Shown here in pieces: positions 20,114 to 29,169 of a stretch of 40,275 nt of DNA. A model generated the notes under the pieces. That model was not told the origin of the DNA. It searched no databases and saw only the letters and a list, made by a program, of their open reading frames with translations. The stretch's first letter is position 1. Every line of letters starts with the position of its first letter. Source of the DNA: Gemmatimonadales bacterium (lineage in GTDB: Bacteria; Gemmatimonadota; Gemmatimonadetes; Gemmatimonadales; GWC2-71-9); the NCBI GenBank assembly GCA_038240975.1, contig JBBRGF010000003.1:1-40275 (forward strand), read 5' to 3'. The translations under genes were made by a program, and so were the position numbers.

Positions 20114-20833
20114 ATGACAAGCGTCGCATGCTCGATCGGAAAATTCGCTCCCTTCCTGTTGTTCCTGGCTTGCGCACCTGGGAGGCGCGATCGCCACTAT
20201 CCCCGGCCGACCGCTGAGCCGGCGGCGGTGGAGACCGCGGACGGGCTCGCGGAGGACATCCAGGCCGACATCGATGCACTTGCCTGGCGTGCAGCCGATG
20301 CCAAGCTGACGCGTCTGCTCGCGGAAACTGATGGCGTCATCCGGAGCATGCCCGACGAGAGCGGCGACCGCACATCAGGGAAGCTGGGAGAGTATCGCTC
20401 GGGACTCGACTCGCTGATGGCTCGCGTGGCGCGCCGTGAACGGCTCGGTGCCCTGGAGGCGGCAAACGGACTGAGCCGCGTGCTTGCAGCCACCGCCCAA
20501 GGCTATTCGACGCCCGTTCCTGTATCCGTCACTCTTCTCGATGTGGCTGGCCGTGATGTGATCTACCAGTCTGAAGGCGGCCGCTGGAGCGAGGCCAGCG
20601 GGTCGGCTGGCGAGCTTCGAAGCGCTTACGCTGCGGTCCGGGCTCATGTCGCGCGGGCGAACGCCTCGCTCGACGGACATATGCGGCAGAGTCTGGATGA
20701 GATCGACGCCAGAATCAGCGTGCAGGACACGGCCGGGGCGCGCGCGGCCGCGAACCTGCTTCTGGCCGACGTGGACCTGATCGAGCAGACATACACCTCG
20801 CGTGAGCAGGTGCCCGCAGCGAAGGAAGGATGA
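20114..20833 (+). CDS. Hypothetical alpha-helical lipoprotein
   Basis: FAPFLLFLAC lipobox-like signal, Ala/Leu-rich helical body, divergent from the response regulator; start uncertain. Confidence 0.6.
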   Translation: MTSVACSIGKFAPFLLFLACAPGRRDRHYPRPTAEPAAVETADGLAEDIQADIDALAWRAADAKLTRLLAETDGVIRSMPDESGDRTSGKLGEYRSGLDSLMARVARRERLGALEAANGLSRVLAATAQGYSTPVPVSVTLLDVAGRDVIYQSEGGRWSEASGSAGELRSAYAAVRAHVARANASLDGHMRQSLDEIDARISVQDTAGARAAANLLLADVDLIEQTYTSREQVPAAKEG

Positions 20834-20849
20834 GCGGTGGCGGTCAGGC

Positions 20850-22043
20850 TCATACCACCGGCAGTTGTGATTGGGGGTCCGCCGGCGTAATGAGGATGTC
20901 TTCTTCCTCCACCACTACATTCACTTCGCTTCGGACTCCGGTTTCCCCCGCGATGTAGATCCCCGGCTCCACCGAGAACCCGACTCCCGGAATGAGGAGC
21001 CGGCCATCGTAGGTCTCAGTGTCGTCGATCGGGGGCCCGAAGCCGTGGAGGCCATATCGGTCGATCGAGTGGCCGGTACGCGACTGGGTGAAGTCGATGT
21101 ACCCTGCACCGGCGATGATCTGCTTGGCCGCGGCGTCGGCCTCCGCTCCCTTGACTTGTTTTCCACCGCGAACCCGTCCGCCTATCAGGTCGAGTGCCGC
21201 GTCGCGCGCCTCCCGCACTACGTTCCAGAGACGGGCGTCTCTCTCGCTGGGCGGCCCGATCGCCGCCATCCACGTCTGGTCGGCGTAAATCCCGTCGGGC
21301 TCCTTTGCCCAGAGATCGACCAGCAGCAGGGCGCCTGGACCGATCGGCACGCTCTCGCGGGCGGTGGGCTCGTAGTGCGTGCGTGCTGCGTTGGGTCCCC
21401 AGCTCACGCTCGGCCCGCTCTCCGTGACCAGCCCGGCGCTGTCGAACCGCTCCCGAATCCAGGTGGCGAGCGCATACTCGGTCATCGGCTTCGCGGTAGC
21501 CGACTTTTCTCCCGCGATCGCGAGCGCCTGCCGGGCGACCGTTGCCACCACCTCCGCGGCCCGCCGATGCGAGGCGATATCCGCCCGGGTCCACACCGAA
21601 CAGTAACGAGTCACGAGGTCGGAAGACGTGACCAGCGTTGCACCGAGGCCTCGCAGAAACTCCGCGACGCCGGCCGGTACGCCATCGAGATAGGGGATGT
21701 CGCCGTTCGGCGAATAGTCGGCCGCGAGGCGCTTTCCCCGTACCATTGCGCCAAGCTCGGAGGAGAGCGCATCGCGCGTGACCCACACGTGCTTGGGCCA
21801 GTCGGGCGGCCAGCCGCGCCAGAGCTCGTTGTCGATCGCATGCACGAGCGCCTGGGGCGAGCCCTCGCGCGGAATGAGAACGTAGACCCTGCGGCTGCCC
21901 AGAATCTCCGGCCCCAATACCGCGGCCGCAATCGGGTTTCGCCCTCGGAAGTCGAACAACAGCCACCCATCGGCGCCCGCTCCGGCGATCAGCTTCTGCA
22001 AGCGGCCGAGCTCATTTCGCAGTCGATCCAGAGACTCTGTCAT
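20850..22043 (-). CDS. Xaa-Pro peptidase family protein (M24)
   Basis: LLVDLWAK, YADQTW, RTGHSID, FSVEPGIY, GVRSE metal ligands; TGATG overlap with the M1 gene. Confidence 0.9.
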   Translation of the reverse strand: MTESLDRLRNELGRLQKLIAGAGADGWLLFDFRGRNPIAAAVLGPEILGSRRVYVLIPREGSPQALVHAIDNELWRGWPPDWPKHVWVTRDALSSELGAMVRGKRLAADYSPNGDIPYLDGVPAGVAEFLRGLGATLVTSSDLVTRYCSVWTRADIASHRRAAEVVATVARQALAIAGEKSATAKPMTEYALATWIRERFDSAGLVTESGPSVSWGPNAARTHYEPTARESVPIGPGALLLVDLWAKEPDGIYADQTWMAAIGPPSERDARLWNVVREARDAALDLIGGRVRGGKQVKGAEADAAAKQIIAGAGYIDFTQSRTGHSIDRYGLHGFGPPIDDTETYDGRLLIPGVGFSVEPGIYIAGETGVRSEVNVVVEEEDILITPADPQSQLPVV

Positions 22044-23695
22044 CAATTGGTACCCGCCGTCCGGCGAGTCTCGACGAAGAAGTTTTCGTCGAGATGAAAG
22101 TTGTCGGCATAGGCGCGCGGCAACACGGTCGATTGCCATGACTCCGTCGGCGACAGCTTCATGGAGCTGTCAGAGCCGGCGGTGAGCCGGACCGGCATAT
22201 CGAACCCGGAGACGACGTTTGCCCAGCGGTACGCCAACTTGTTTCCGTCGAGCCGATACTCGAAAAGGGGGATCTTGGTGGTGGTGAGATACTGCTCGAA
22301 CACCTTGTGCAGGTCGACGCCGGCGTGTGCGCTGATGTAGTCCTGGATCTCTTTGCCTGTGACGATCTTGTGCCGAAAGGTGGCGCCGAGTCCACGCAGC
22401 GTGGCGCGCCACGTGCTGTCATTATCGATGATGTGGCGGATGGTGTGCAGCATGTTTCCGCCCTTGTTGTACATGTCGCCGGAGCCCTCGGCGTTCACCC
22501 CGTACGGCGCGACGATCGGCTTGTCGTTCTTTACCAGCTTCCGAACGCCAAGCACATATGCCGCGCCGGCCGCTTTGCCATACTGACACTCCGTAAAGAG
22601 AGACTCCGAGTAATTGGCGAAGCTCTCGTGCACCCACATGTCCGCCCGGTCGGCCGTGGTGATGCTGTTTCCGAACCACTCGTGGGCGCTTTCGTGAACG
22701 ACGATGAAGTCCCACGTCAGGCCCCACCCGGTTCCCGACAGATCCCTTCCCTTGTATCCGTTCTCGAACCCATTGCCATATGCGACGGCGCTCTGATGCT
22801 CCATGCCGAGGTGGGGGGCTTCGATGAGCTGATAGCCATCATGGTACCACGGATAGGGACCGAACCAGTGCTCGAAGCACTTGAGCATCGGCTTCGTCTG
22901 CCGCCATTGGACCTGCGCGGTGTCGCGATGACGGGCCAGGGGCCAGAAGTCCAGCGTGAGATGGCCGCCCTCCCCCTCGTAGCTGTCGGTGTAGCCGGCG
23001 TATCGGCCCACATAGGCGGCGATGTCGTAATTGTTGATCGGGCTGGTCACGAACCATTCGTACGTCGTCCAGCCGTTGGACCCGCGCTCGATGCCGCGAA
23101 GCCGCCCGTTCGCCACCGCCTGAAGCGAGTCGGGTACGGTGAGCGCCACCCGTTGGCTGTCAGGCTCGTCAGTCTGCGTGTCTTTCGTCGGCCACCAGAC
23201 GCTCGCGCCCAGCCCCTGGCAGGCGGTGGAAATCCACGCCTGACCGTCCGGGTCGCGCGCCCAGATCAGGCCACCATCCCAGGGCGGCTTGACGGCAACA
23301 CGCGGCCTCCCGCGGTAGTAAACCGAGAGGGTTCTTTGCGTGCCTTTTCGCTGGCCGGTGAGCGCGAGGAAGAAGGCATTGCCGTCCCGCCGGTATCCGA
23401 CCCGCTTCCCATCCTGCACGACGCTGTCGATCTGGAGCGGCTCCTGGAGGTCGATCTGCATCGCCGCGGGCTTGCCGACTACCAGGTAGGTAATACCGTT
23501 GCGACCACGAATGGTGCTGTCGGCCGGATCGAGCGTCACGTGCAAATCGTAGAACACGACATCCCACCATGCCCGCTCGCGCGTGACCATCCCGCGCAGC
23601 GTATCGGCGTGGGTGAACCCGGTATCCTGAGCGGAGAGGGAGGCGAGGGGAAAGAGCGTAATGGCAAGCGCGAGGGAGAGAAAGGCGAGCGGCAT
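22043..23695 (-). CDS. Secreted M1-family zinc aminopeptidase
   Basis: Signal peptide, GMEHQ, HESAHEWFGN followed by a downstream Glu (WVHESF), MYNKG. Confidence 0.9.
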   Translation of the reverse strand: MPLAFLSLALAITLFPLASLSAQDTGFTHADTLRGMVTRERAWWDVVFYDLHVTLDPADSTIRGRNGITYLVVGKPAAMQIDLQEPLQIDSVVQDGKRVGYRRDGNAFFLALTGQRKGTQRTLSVYYRGRPRVAVKPPWDGGLIWARDPDGQAWISTACQGLGASVWWPTKDTQTDEPDSQRVALTVPDSLQAVANGRLRGIERGSNGWTTYEWFVTSPINNYDIAAYVGRYAGYTDSYEGEGGHLTLDFWPLARHRDTAQVQWRQTKPMLKCFEHWFGPYPWYHDGYQLIEAPHLGMEHQSAVAYGNGFENGYKGRDLSGTGWGLTWDFIVVHESAHEWFGNSITTADRADMWVHESFANYSESLFTECQYGKAAGAAYVLGVRKLVKNDKPIVAPYGVNAEGSGDMYNKGGNMLHTIRHIIDNDSTWRATLRGLGATFRHKIVTGKEIQDYISAHAGVDLHKVFEQYLTTTKIPLFEYRLDGNKLAYRWANVVSGFDMPVRLTAGSDSSMKLSPTESWQSTVLPRAYADNFHLDENFFVETRRTAGTN

Positions 23696-23766
23696 CGCGG
23701 AATCGTATTCTCCAGCTGAGATGAAGGCCAGGTCGCGGTAAGGACGCGGCCCGGCCTCGTCGAGTT

Positions 23767-25425
23767 TCAGTGGACCGGGACGGCCGATGCCGGCCTGGGG
23801 GCGTGCGCCGCAATCCATTCCCGCGCAGCGACGATCACATCCTCGGTGAGCTCATGGCCGCCGCGAGCCCAATAGAGCGACACCGCAGCCCCCGCCTTGC
23901 GCAGCAACTCGGCGAGACGCTCCGCCTGGGCCGGGGGGGCGATCCGGTCCAGCCGTCCCGCTCCGATGAACACGGCGGTGCCGGTCAGGTCGGTCATCGC
24001 CTCCGGCTCGAACGGTACCATGGGACTCAGCAGGACCGCGGCGCCCAGCAGGCCAGGGCGCCGCAGCAGGAGGCTCGCGGCGATGTTCGCCCCGTTGGAG
24101 AACCCCACGGCAATGATGCCTCTCGGGTCCAGGCGGTAGGTGTTCGTCGCACCCTCGATGAAAGCCGCGAGCTCCTCAGTGCGACGCGCCAGATCCTCCT
24201 GATCGAAGACGCCCTCCGCAAGGCGGCGAAAGAAGCGCGGTGCCCTGCCCTCGAGCACTCGACCTCTCGGGCTCAGTATGCCCGCTCCGGGCAGAAGGGC
24301 GCGACCGAGCGGAATCAGGTCTGCCTCGTCCCCGCCGGTACCGTGGAGGAGCAACAGTGAGGTGCTCCCGATACCTTTTGCTTCGGTCGCCGGCGGGATG
24401 TAGCGATGAATGAATTCCAGGGCCTCGGCGCCGACGTCCTTGTCGGCGAAGATCGAGACGTCAGACGCCGGGACCGGGAGATGTATCGGTGGCAGGACTG
24501 CCTCGATGCGGGCCCGGTCGGCCTCGAACTGCCGCGGAAGCATGAGGCGCTCGCCGAGCCGGTCGGCCGGCTCGTCTATCGTAAAGCCCGGAGGATTCGT
24601 CGCCAGCTCGAACAGGACGCCGCCCGGCTCGCGGAAATAGACCGAATGGAAATAGTTCCGGTCGATGACCGGCGTCGGGCTCAGCCCTGCCCGGTCGACC
24701 CGATCACGAACGGCGAGTTGACTCGCGTCGTCGGCCACGCTCCACGCCACGTGGTGCACCGTACCGGCGCCGCCGGCCCCGCGCACGAACCCACCGGTGG
24801 TTCGCACGTCCACTAGCGTGCCGGGACCCCCGTCTCCCGCAGCGAATCGCGTTGTCGAGCCCTCCTGGCGAACGAGTCTGAGGCCAAGCGTGTCCACCAG
24901 CGTGCGCTCGGTGGCGGCGCCGTCTTCCACCCATATCGTCACCGAGTGAAAGCCGCGAATGGCATAATCGAGCGAAATGCCCGGCGCCCCTCCCCAAGCC
25001 GCCCGAGCCCCGGCGCCCGGGTGCGCCACGAGCTCGAGCATCAGCCCGTCGTGGTCCCTGAACGAGATGACCTGCTCGCCATCGGCACCGGAGGCTTCCC
25101 GCCTTACCGGACCCTCGTAGCGGATGCCGTGACCGACGAATCGCTCGACCCAGAAGCCGAGCGCCGCCGGGAGTATGGCGAACGAGGTGACGGCGACCTG
25201 GCCCGGCCCCTGCCGCCCGGCGCGGGCACCGGGCCATGGAAAGAACGTCAGGATGTTGCCGGGGGTCCCGACCTCGTCGCCGAAGTAGAAGTGATACCTC
25301 TCGGGATCGTCGAAGTTCACGGTGCGCTTCACGAGCCGGAGGCCCAGCAACCCCGCGTAAAAATCCAGGTTGCGCTGAGGGTCGCTCGCGATGGCGGTGA
25401 CGTGATGAAGCCCGAGGACGGGCAT
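23767..25425 (-). CDS. Fusion of ring-cleaving dioxygenase (VOC/glyoxalase, MhqO/E-like) and alpha/beta carboxylesterase (MhqD-like)
   Basis: GLHHVTAIA, LVKRTVNFDDP, HHVAW, DRNYFHSVYFREPGGVLFELAT, then LLLHGTGGDE, GFSNGANIA, GGHEL, all in one frame. Confidence 0.88.
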   Translation of the reverse strand: MPVLGLHHVTAIASDPQRNLDFYAGLLGLRLVKRTVNFDDPERYHFYFGDEVGTPGNILTFFPWPGARAGRQGPGQVAVTSFAILPAALGFWVERFVGHGIRYEGPVRREASGADGEQVISFRDHDGLMLELVAHPGAGARAAWGGAPGISLDYAIRGFHSVTIWVEDGAATERTLVDTLGLRLVRQEGSTTRFAAGDGGPGTLVDVRTTGGFVRGAGGAGTVHHVAWSVADDASQLAVRDRVDRAGLSPTPVIDRNYFHSVYFREPGGVLFELATNPPGFTIDEPADRLGERLMLPRQFEADRARIEAVLPPIHLPVPASDVSIFADKDVGAEALEFIHRYIPPATEAKGIGSTSLLLLHGTGGDEADLIPLGRALLPGAGILSPRGRVLEGRAPRFFRRLAEGVFDQEDLARRTEELAAFIEGATNTYRLDPRGIIAVGFSNGANIAASLLLRRPGLLGAAVLLSPMVPFEPEAMTDLTGTAVFIGAGRLDRIAPPAQAERLAELLRKAGAAVSLYWARGGHELTEDVIVAAREWIAAHAPRPASAVPVH

Positions 25426-25994
25426 CACCGCGGCGTCTTGTCCTGCTGGTGCGCCTCCACGAACCAGAGCCACTTGTCCACGCCACGCGAGATCTCGGTC
25501 AAAATGTCGGCGCTGTCGGCATCCTTGAGGTCGTTCATCTCTTCAATGCCGAGCCGGACACCGCGGCCGAACGAGGCCAGCGCGTCGGAGAGCGCCGCCA
25601 CGTGGTCGCTGCCGTTGGTAAGCGCGAGGGGGTAGCCGGCAAGAGTCGTACGCTCCGCAACGATTCCGACAGTCCCTTCGGCGATGCCTCCGAGCTGTAC
25701 TACCCGCTCCGCGAGGAGGTCGACGTATTCCTCGACGCTTTCGTTGATTTCGTCGAACAGTTTGTGGAGCGCAATGAACATGGAGCCCTTGACGTTCCAG
25801 TGGGCCTGCTTGCACTGCGTCTGGAGATCGATGCATTCGGCGAGGCGCTGATTGAGCAGGCCGATCGCTTCTGTCCGGCTTTCCTCGGGGAGGTCGTTCC
25901 GGGTGGCGTAAAGCTTTGGCGCATCGAAGCGAGTCTCCGAGGCGCCGCGAGATGTCGAAGCCGGGGTTCGGCTTGGAGTGGCGGTGCGGCTCAT
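25425..25994 (-). CDS. dps: DNA starvation/stationary-phase protection protein Dps
   Basis: KQAHWNVKG, LHKLFDE, DLLAER, DKWLWFVEAH; AGGAGA RBS. Confidence 0.95.
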   Translation of the reverse strand: MSRTATPSRTPASTSRGASETRFDAPKLYATRNDLPEESRTEAIGLLNQRLAECIDLQTQCKQAHWNVKGSMFIALHKLFDEINESVEEYVDLLAERVVQLGGIAEGTVGIVAERTTLAGYPLALTNGSDHVAALSDALASFGRGVRLGIEEMNDLKDADSADILTEISRGVDKWLWFVEAHQQDKTPR

Positions 25995-26149
25995 GGTGGT
26001 GTCTCCTGCGCGAGTCGTTATGGTGATCGTTCGGGGGCCAGGCTAAGTATACGTCACCCTCCAGAGGGCCGCCCCCATGCAGGCTCACGGCCACCAATCG
26101 CTTCAGGTTATTATGGAAGGTGGAGCGTGTGGATCTTCGTAGGGGGGGT

Positions 26150-26395
26150 ATGACTCCGCTCAGAATCGCGCTGCTGGGGCTGGCGCTCGCCCTTGCCGTC
26201 GGGTGCGGCTACAGCGCCCCGTCGAACCCGGGAAATGCCCCGCCGCCTGCCGCCGAAACCAACGACATCGACATCGTGATCGGCGCGGCCGGCCTCACGA
26301 CAACGGCATTCAGTCCGACCCCCAAGGTCGTCTCGCTCGGCGGCAGCTCAAGCGTGACGGTTCGTTGGGTCGGGACCATCACGGTCAACCCCTGA
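26150..26395 (+). pseudogene. Cupredoxin/plastocyanin-like lipoprotein with apparent internal deletion
   Basis: Lipobox LAVGC; AFSP..VTVRW joined directly to VGTITVNP, with no His/Cys/Met copper ligands. Confidence 0.5.
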
Positions 26396-26398
26396 CCG

Positions 26399-27472
26399 TT
26401 ACGCGCCGGCTTCCCGCTGGAGCAGCTCGCGCTTGCGCTCGACACCCCACCGGTAGCCAGACAGTCCCCCGTCGTTGCGCACTACTCGATGGCAAGGAAT
26501 CGCTATGGCCAGGGGATTCGCGGCGCACGCCGAGGCTACTGCCCTGACCGACTTGGGGGCGCCGATTCGGCCTGCGATCTCCGAATAGCTTGCCGTGGCG
26601 CCGGCCGGGATTTCCCTTAGCGCCTGCCATACCCGTTGCTGGAATGCCGTGCCCCGGACATCGAGTGGCAGGTCGAGTCCCAGGCCGGGAGCCTCCACGA
26701 ATCCAATGACCCGGGCCACCATCCGCTCGAACTCGGGGTCGGCGCCTATCAGCGTGGCCCGCGGAAACCTGTCCTGGAGGTCGCGAGCGAGCAGCGCGGG
26801 ATCGTCGCCCAGGAGAATCGCGCAAACCCCGCGCTCGCTCATCGCAACCAGAATGGAGCCGAGGGAGCATTCGCCGATAGCGAAGCGAATGTCGGCATTT
26901 GCGCCGCCCTCGCGATAGTCCGTGGGGGTCATCCCGAGTACCTGTGCGGACTCCCCATAGAATCGGCCATTGGAGCTGTAGCCGGACTCGTAGATCGCCC
27001 GGGTCACGGTGCGCTGGCGGCCCAGCTCCTTACGTACTCGTTTGCCTCGATTCGCAGCCGCGTACTCCCGCGGCGTCAGTCCCGTTATCGCCTTGAACAC
27101 ACGATGGAAGTGGAACGCGCTCATCCGGGCGTTGCGCGCCAGCTCTTCGAGGCCCGGGACGGCTTCCGACGTCTCGATCAGACGGCAGGCCTGTGTGACC
27201 CTCGCGGCGTGCTGCTCTGCCAGGGATGGCTGATCCGGCTTGCAGCGTTTGCACGGACGGAACCCTGCGGCCTCCGCATCCTGCCGTGTCGCGTGAAACC
27301 GTACGTTTTCGGACCGCGCCAACCTGGCCCCACACGACGGGCGGCAGAACACGCCGGTGGTCCTTACGGAGTAGAAAAAGACGCCGTCCGCTTCAGCCGA
27401 GCGGGCGACCACCGCCGCCCAGCGTGGGTCGCCCTCTGTCATGGCGGCGAGCTCCAATTTCTTTGCCCTCAT
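26399..27472 (-). CDS. ada: Bifunctional AraC regulator / O6-methylguanine-DNA methyltransferase Ada
   Basis: TTGVFCRPSC and GFRPCKRC Zn domain, AraC HTH, IPCHRVV active site. Confidence 0.96.
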   Translation of the reverse strand: MRAKKLELAAMTEGDPRWAAVVARSAEADGVFFYSVRTTGVFCRPSCGARLARSENVRFHATRQDAEAAGFRPCKRCKPDQPSLAEQHAARVTQACRLIETSEAVPGLEELARNARMSAFHFHRVFKAITGLTPREYAAANRGKRVRKELGRQRTVTRAIYESGYSSNGRFYGESAQVLGMTPTDYREGGANADIRFAIGECSLGSILVAMSERGVCAILLGDDPALLARDLQDRFPRATLIGADPEFERMVARVIGFVEAPGLGLDLPLDVRGTAFQQRVWQALREIPAGATASYSEIAGRIGAPKSVRAVASACAANPLAIAIPCHRVVRNDGGLSGYRWGVERKRELLQREAGA

Positions 27473-27530
27473 GCTCGTTACCCTGCCCTTTCACGGCGCG
27501 TTCGTTGCGACGCTGCCCTTCGACGACCGA

Positions 27531-27578
27531 AGTCTACCCGTCCGAGCCACCCACTGCACTCCGAATCTTGCTTTCAAA
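27531..27578 (-). promoter_or_regulatory. Putative Ada-activated promoter
   Basis: Minus strand AAAGCAAGATT resembles the E. coli Ada box region (AAAGCGCAAGATT); TAGACT -10 candidate at 27536-27531. Confidence 0.45.
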
Positions 27579-27582
27579 CTCG

Positions 27583-27609
27583 TGTCGATTTCGCCATCTA
27601 GCGTTCGTC
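27583..27609 (+). promoter_or_regulatory. Putative ECF42-type promoter
   Basis: TGTCGA-N17-CGTC upstream of the ECF42-like sigma gene. Confidence 0.55.
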
Positions 27610-27873
27610 GCCACAGTCGCGGTCATCAAATTGATAGTCATGGCGCCCGTCGTGGAGGCGTTCAACCGGCTGGGCTGGTCCGTCAGCCTCGCAGCGCACC
27701 TCGATCCTCGGTGCGATCCAGCTGACCGGCCATCCCAGCGTTCCCGTTCGGCGATACCGCGACACCACCAATTGACTACGACGCCGGAGATACCACGATT
27801 TCTGATGATTTCCACAGATCATGTGACATGCCAGGCGACGGCCTTGCATTGACCGGGTAAGATGCGCTGATTG

Positions 27874-29169
27874 ATGGCCGTGACGCCCACCGACGCGCAT
27901 CGCGCCATCAACGCAGTCTGGAGAATCGAGTCGGCCAGGATCATTGCCGGTATCGCGCGACTCGTCGGCGACATCGGTGTGGCCGAGGACCTGGCGCAGG
28001 ATGCGCTCGTCGCCGCGCTCGAGCGCTGGCCGGAGTCGGGCGTCCCGGACAATCCCGGCGCCTGGCTCATGGCCACGGCAAAGCATCGTGCGATCGACCT
28101 GCTCCGCCGGCGGACCCTCCTCCAGCGCAAGCACGAGCAGCTCGGCCACGAGCTCGAGGCGCGGCAGGAGACCGCAGTACTGGAGCTCGATGCCGCGCTC
28201 GACGATGACGTCGGCGACGACCTCCTCCGCCTGATACTCACCGCCTGCCACCCCCTGCTCTCCCGCGAGGCGCGAGTCGCACTCACGCTCCGACTGCTCG
28301 GCGGTCTCACCACCGAAGAGATCGCGCGTGCGTATCTCGTTCCCGCTCCAACCATGGCCCAGCGGATCGTCCGCGCCAAGCGTACGCTCTCCGAGGCCCG
28401 CGTCCCGTTCGAGGTTCCTCGGGCCGACGAGCTCGGCCCACGCCTGGCGTCGGCCCTCGAGGTGCTGTACCTCATTTTCAACGAGGGCTACTCGCCCACC
28501 GCCGGTGACGACTGGATGCGGCCTCAGCTCTGCGAGGAGGCCCTTCGAATGGGCCGCATTCTCGCCGAACTCGTGCCCAACGAGCCCGAGGTCCACGGCC
28601 TGGTCGCGCTCATGGAAATCCAGGCATCGCGCTCGGCGGCGCGCGTCGGCCGGTCGGGCGAGCCCATTCTGCTCTTTGATCAGGACCGCGCCCGCTGGGA
28701 TCACCTGCTCATCGGCCGCGGATTGGCCGCACTCGCGCGCGCCGAGTCACTCGGTGGCGCCCTCGGTCCGTACGCCCTTCAGGCCGCGATCGCGGCATGC
28801 CATGCCCGGGCGCGCACCCCGGCGGAGACCGACTGGGAGCGCATCGCCGCGCTGTACGAAGAGCTGGCCGGACTCATGCCGTCGCCCGTCGTCGAGCTGA
28901 ATCGCGCGGTGGCGCTTGCGATGGCCTACGGCCCCGCGGTGGGACTGGAGCTTGTCGATAGCCTGACGACGGAGCCATCGCTCGCGAGCTATCATCTCCT
29001 ACCGAGTGTCCGGGCCGACTTTCTCATCAAGCTCGGACGGTTCGATGAGGCGCGCATGGACCTCGAGCGTGCCGCATCCCTCACTCGCAACGCGCGCGAG
29101 CGCGACCTGCTACTCGAGCGCGCGGCCGCATGTGTCAGCGAAACAACGAATCCCGGGAGTCGGCAGTGA
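27874..29169 (+). CDS. ECF sigma factor with C-terminal TPR-like extension (ECF42-like)
   Basis: AEDLAQDALVAALERWP, GAWLMATAKHRAID, DDLLRLILTACHPLL, YLIFNEGY, GPYALQAAIAACHA, SPVVELNRAVA. Confidence 0.9.
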   Translation: MAVTPTDAHRAINAVWRIESARIIAGIARLVGDIGVAEDLAQDALVAALERWPESGVPDNPGAWLMATAKHRAIDLLRRRTLLQRKHEQLGHELEARQETAVLELDAALDDDVGDDLLRLILTACHPLLSREARVALTLRLLGGLTTEEIARAYLVPAPTMAQRIVRAKRTLSEARVPFEVPRADELGPRLASALEVLYLIFNEGYSPTAGDDWMRPQLCEEALRMGRILAELVPNEPEVHGLVALMEIQASRSAARVGRSGEPILLFDQDRARWDHLLIGRGLAALARAESLGGALGPYALQAAIAACHARARTPAETDWERIAALYEELAGLMPSPVVELNRAVALAMAYGPAVGLELVDSLTTEPSLASYHLLPSVRADFLIKLGRFDEARMDLERAASLTRNARERDLLLERAAACVSETTNPGSRQ

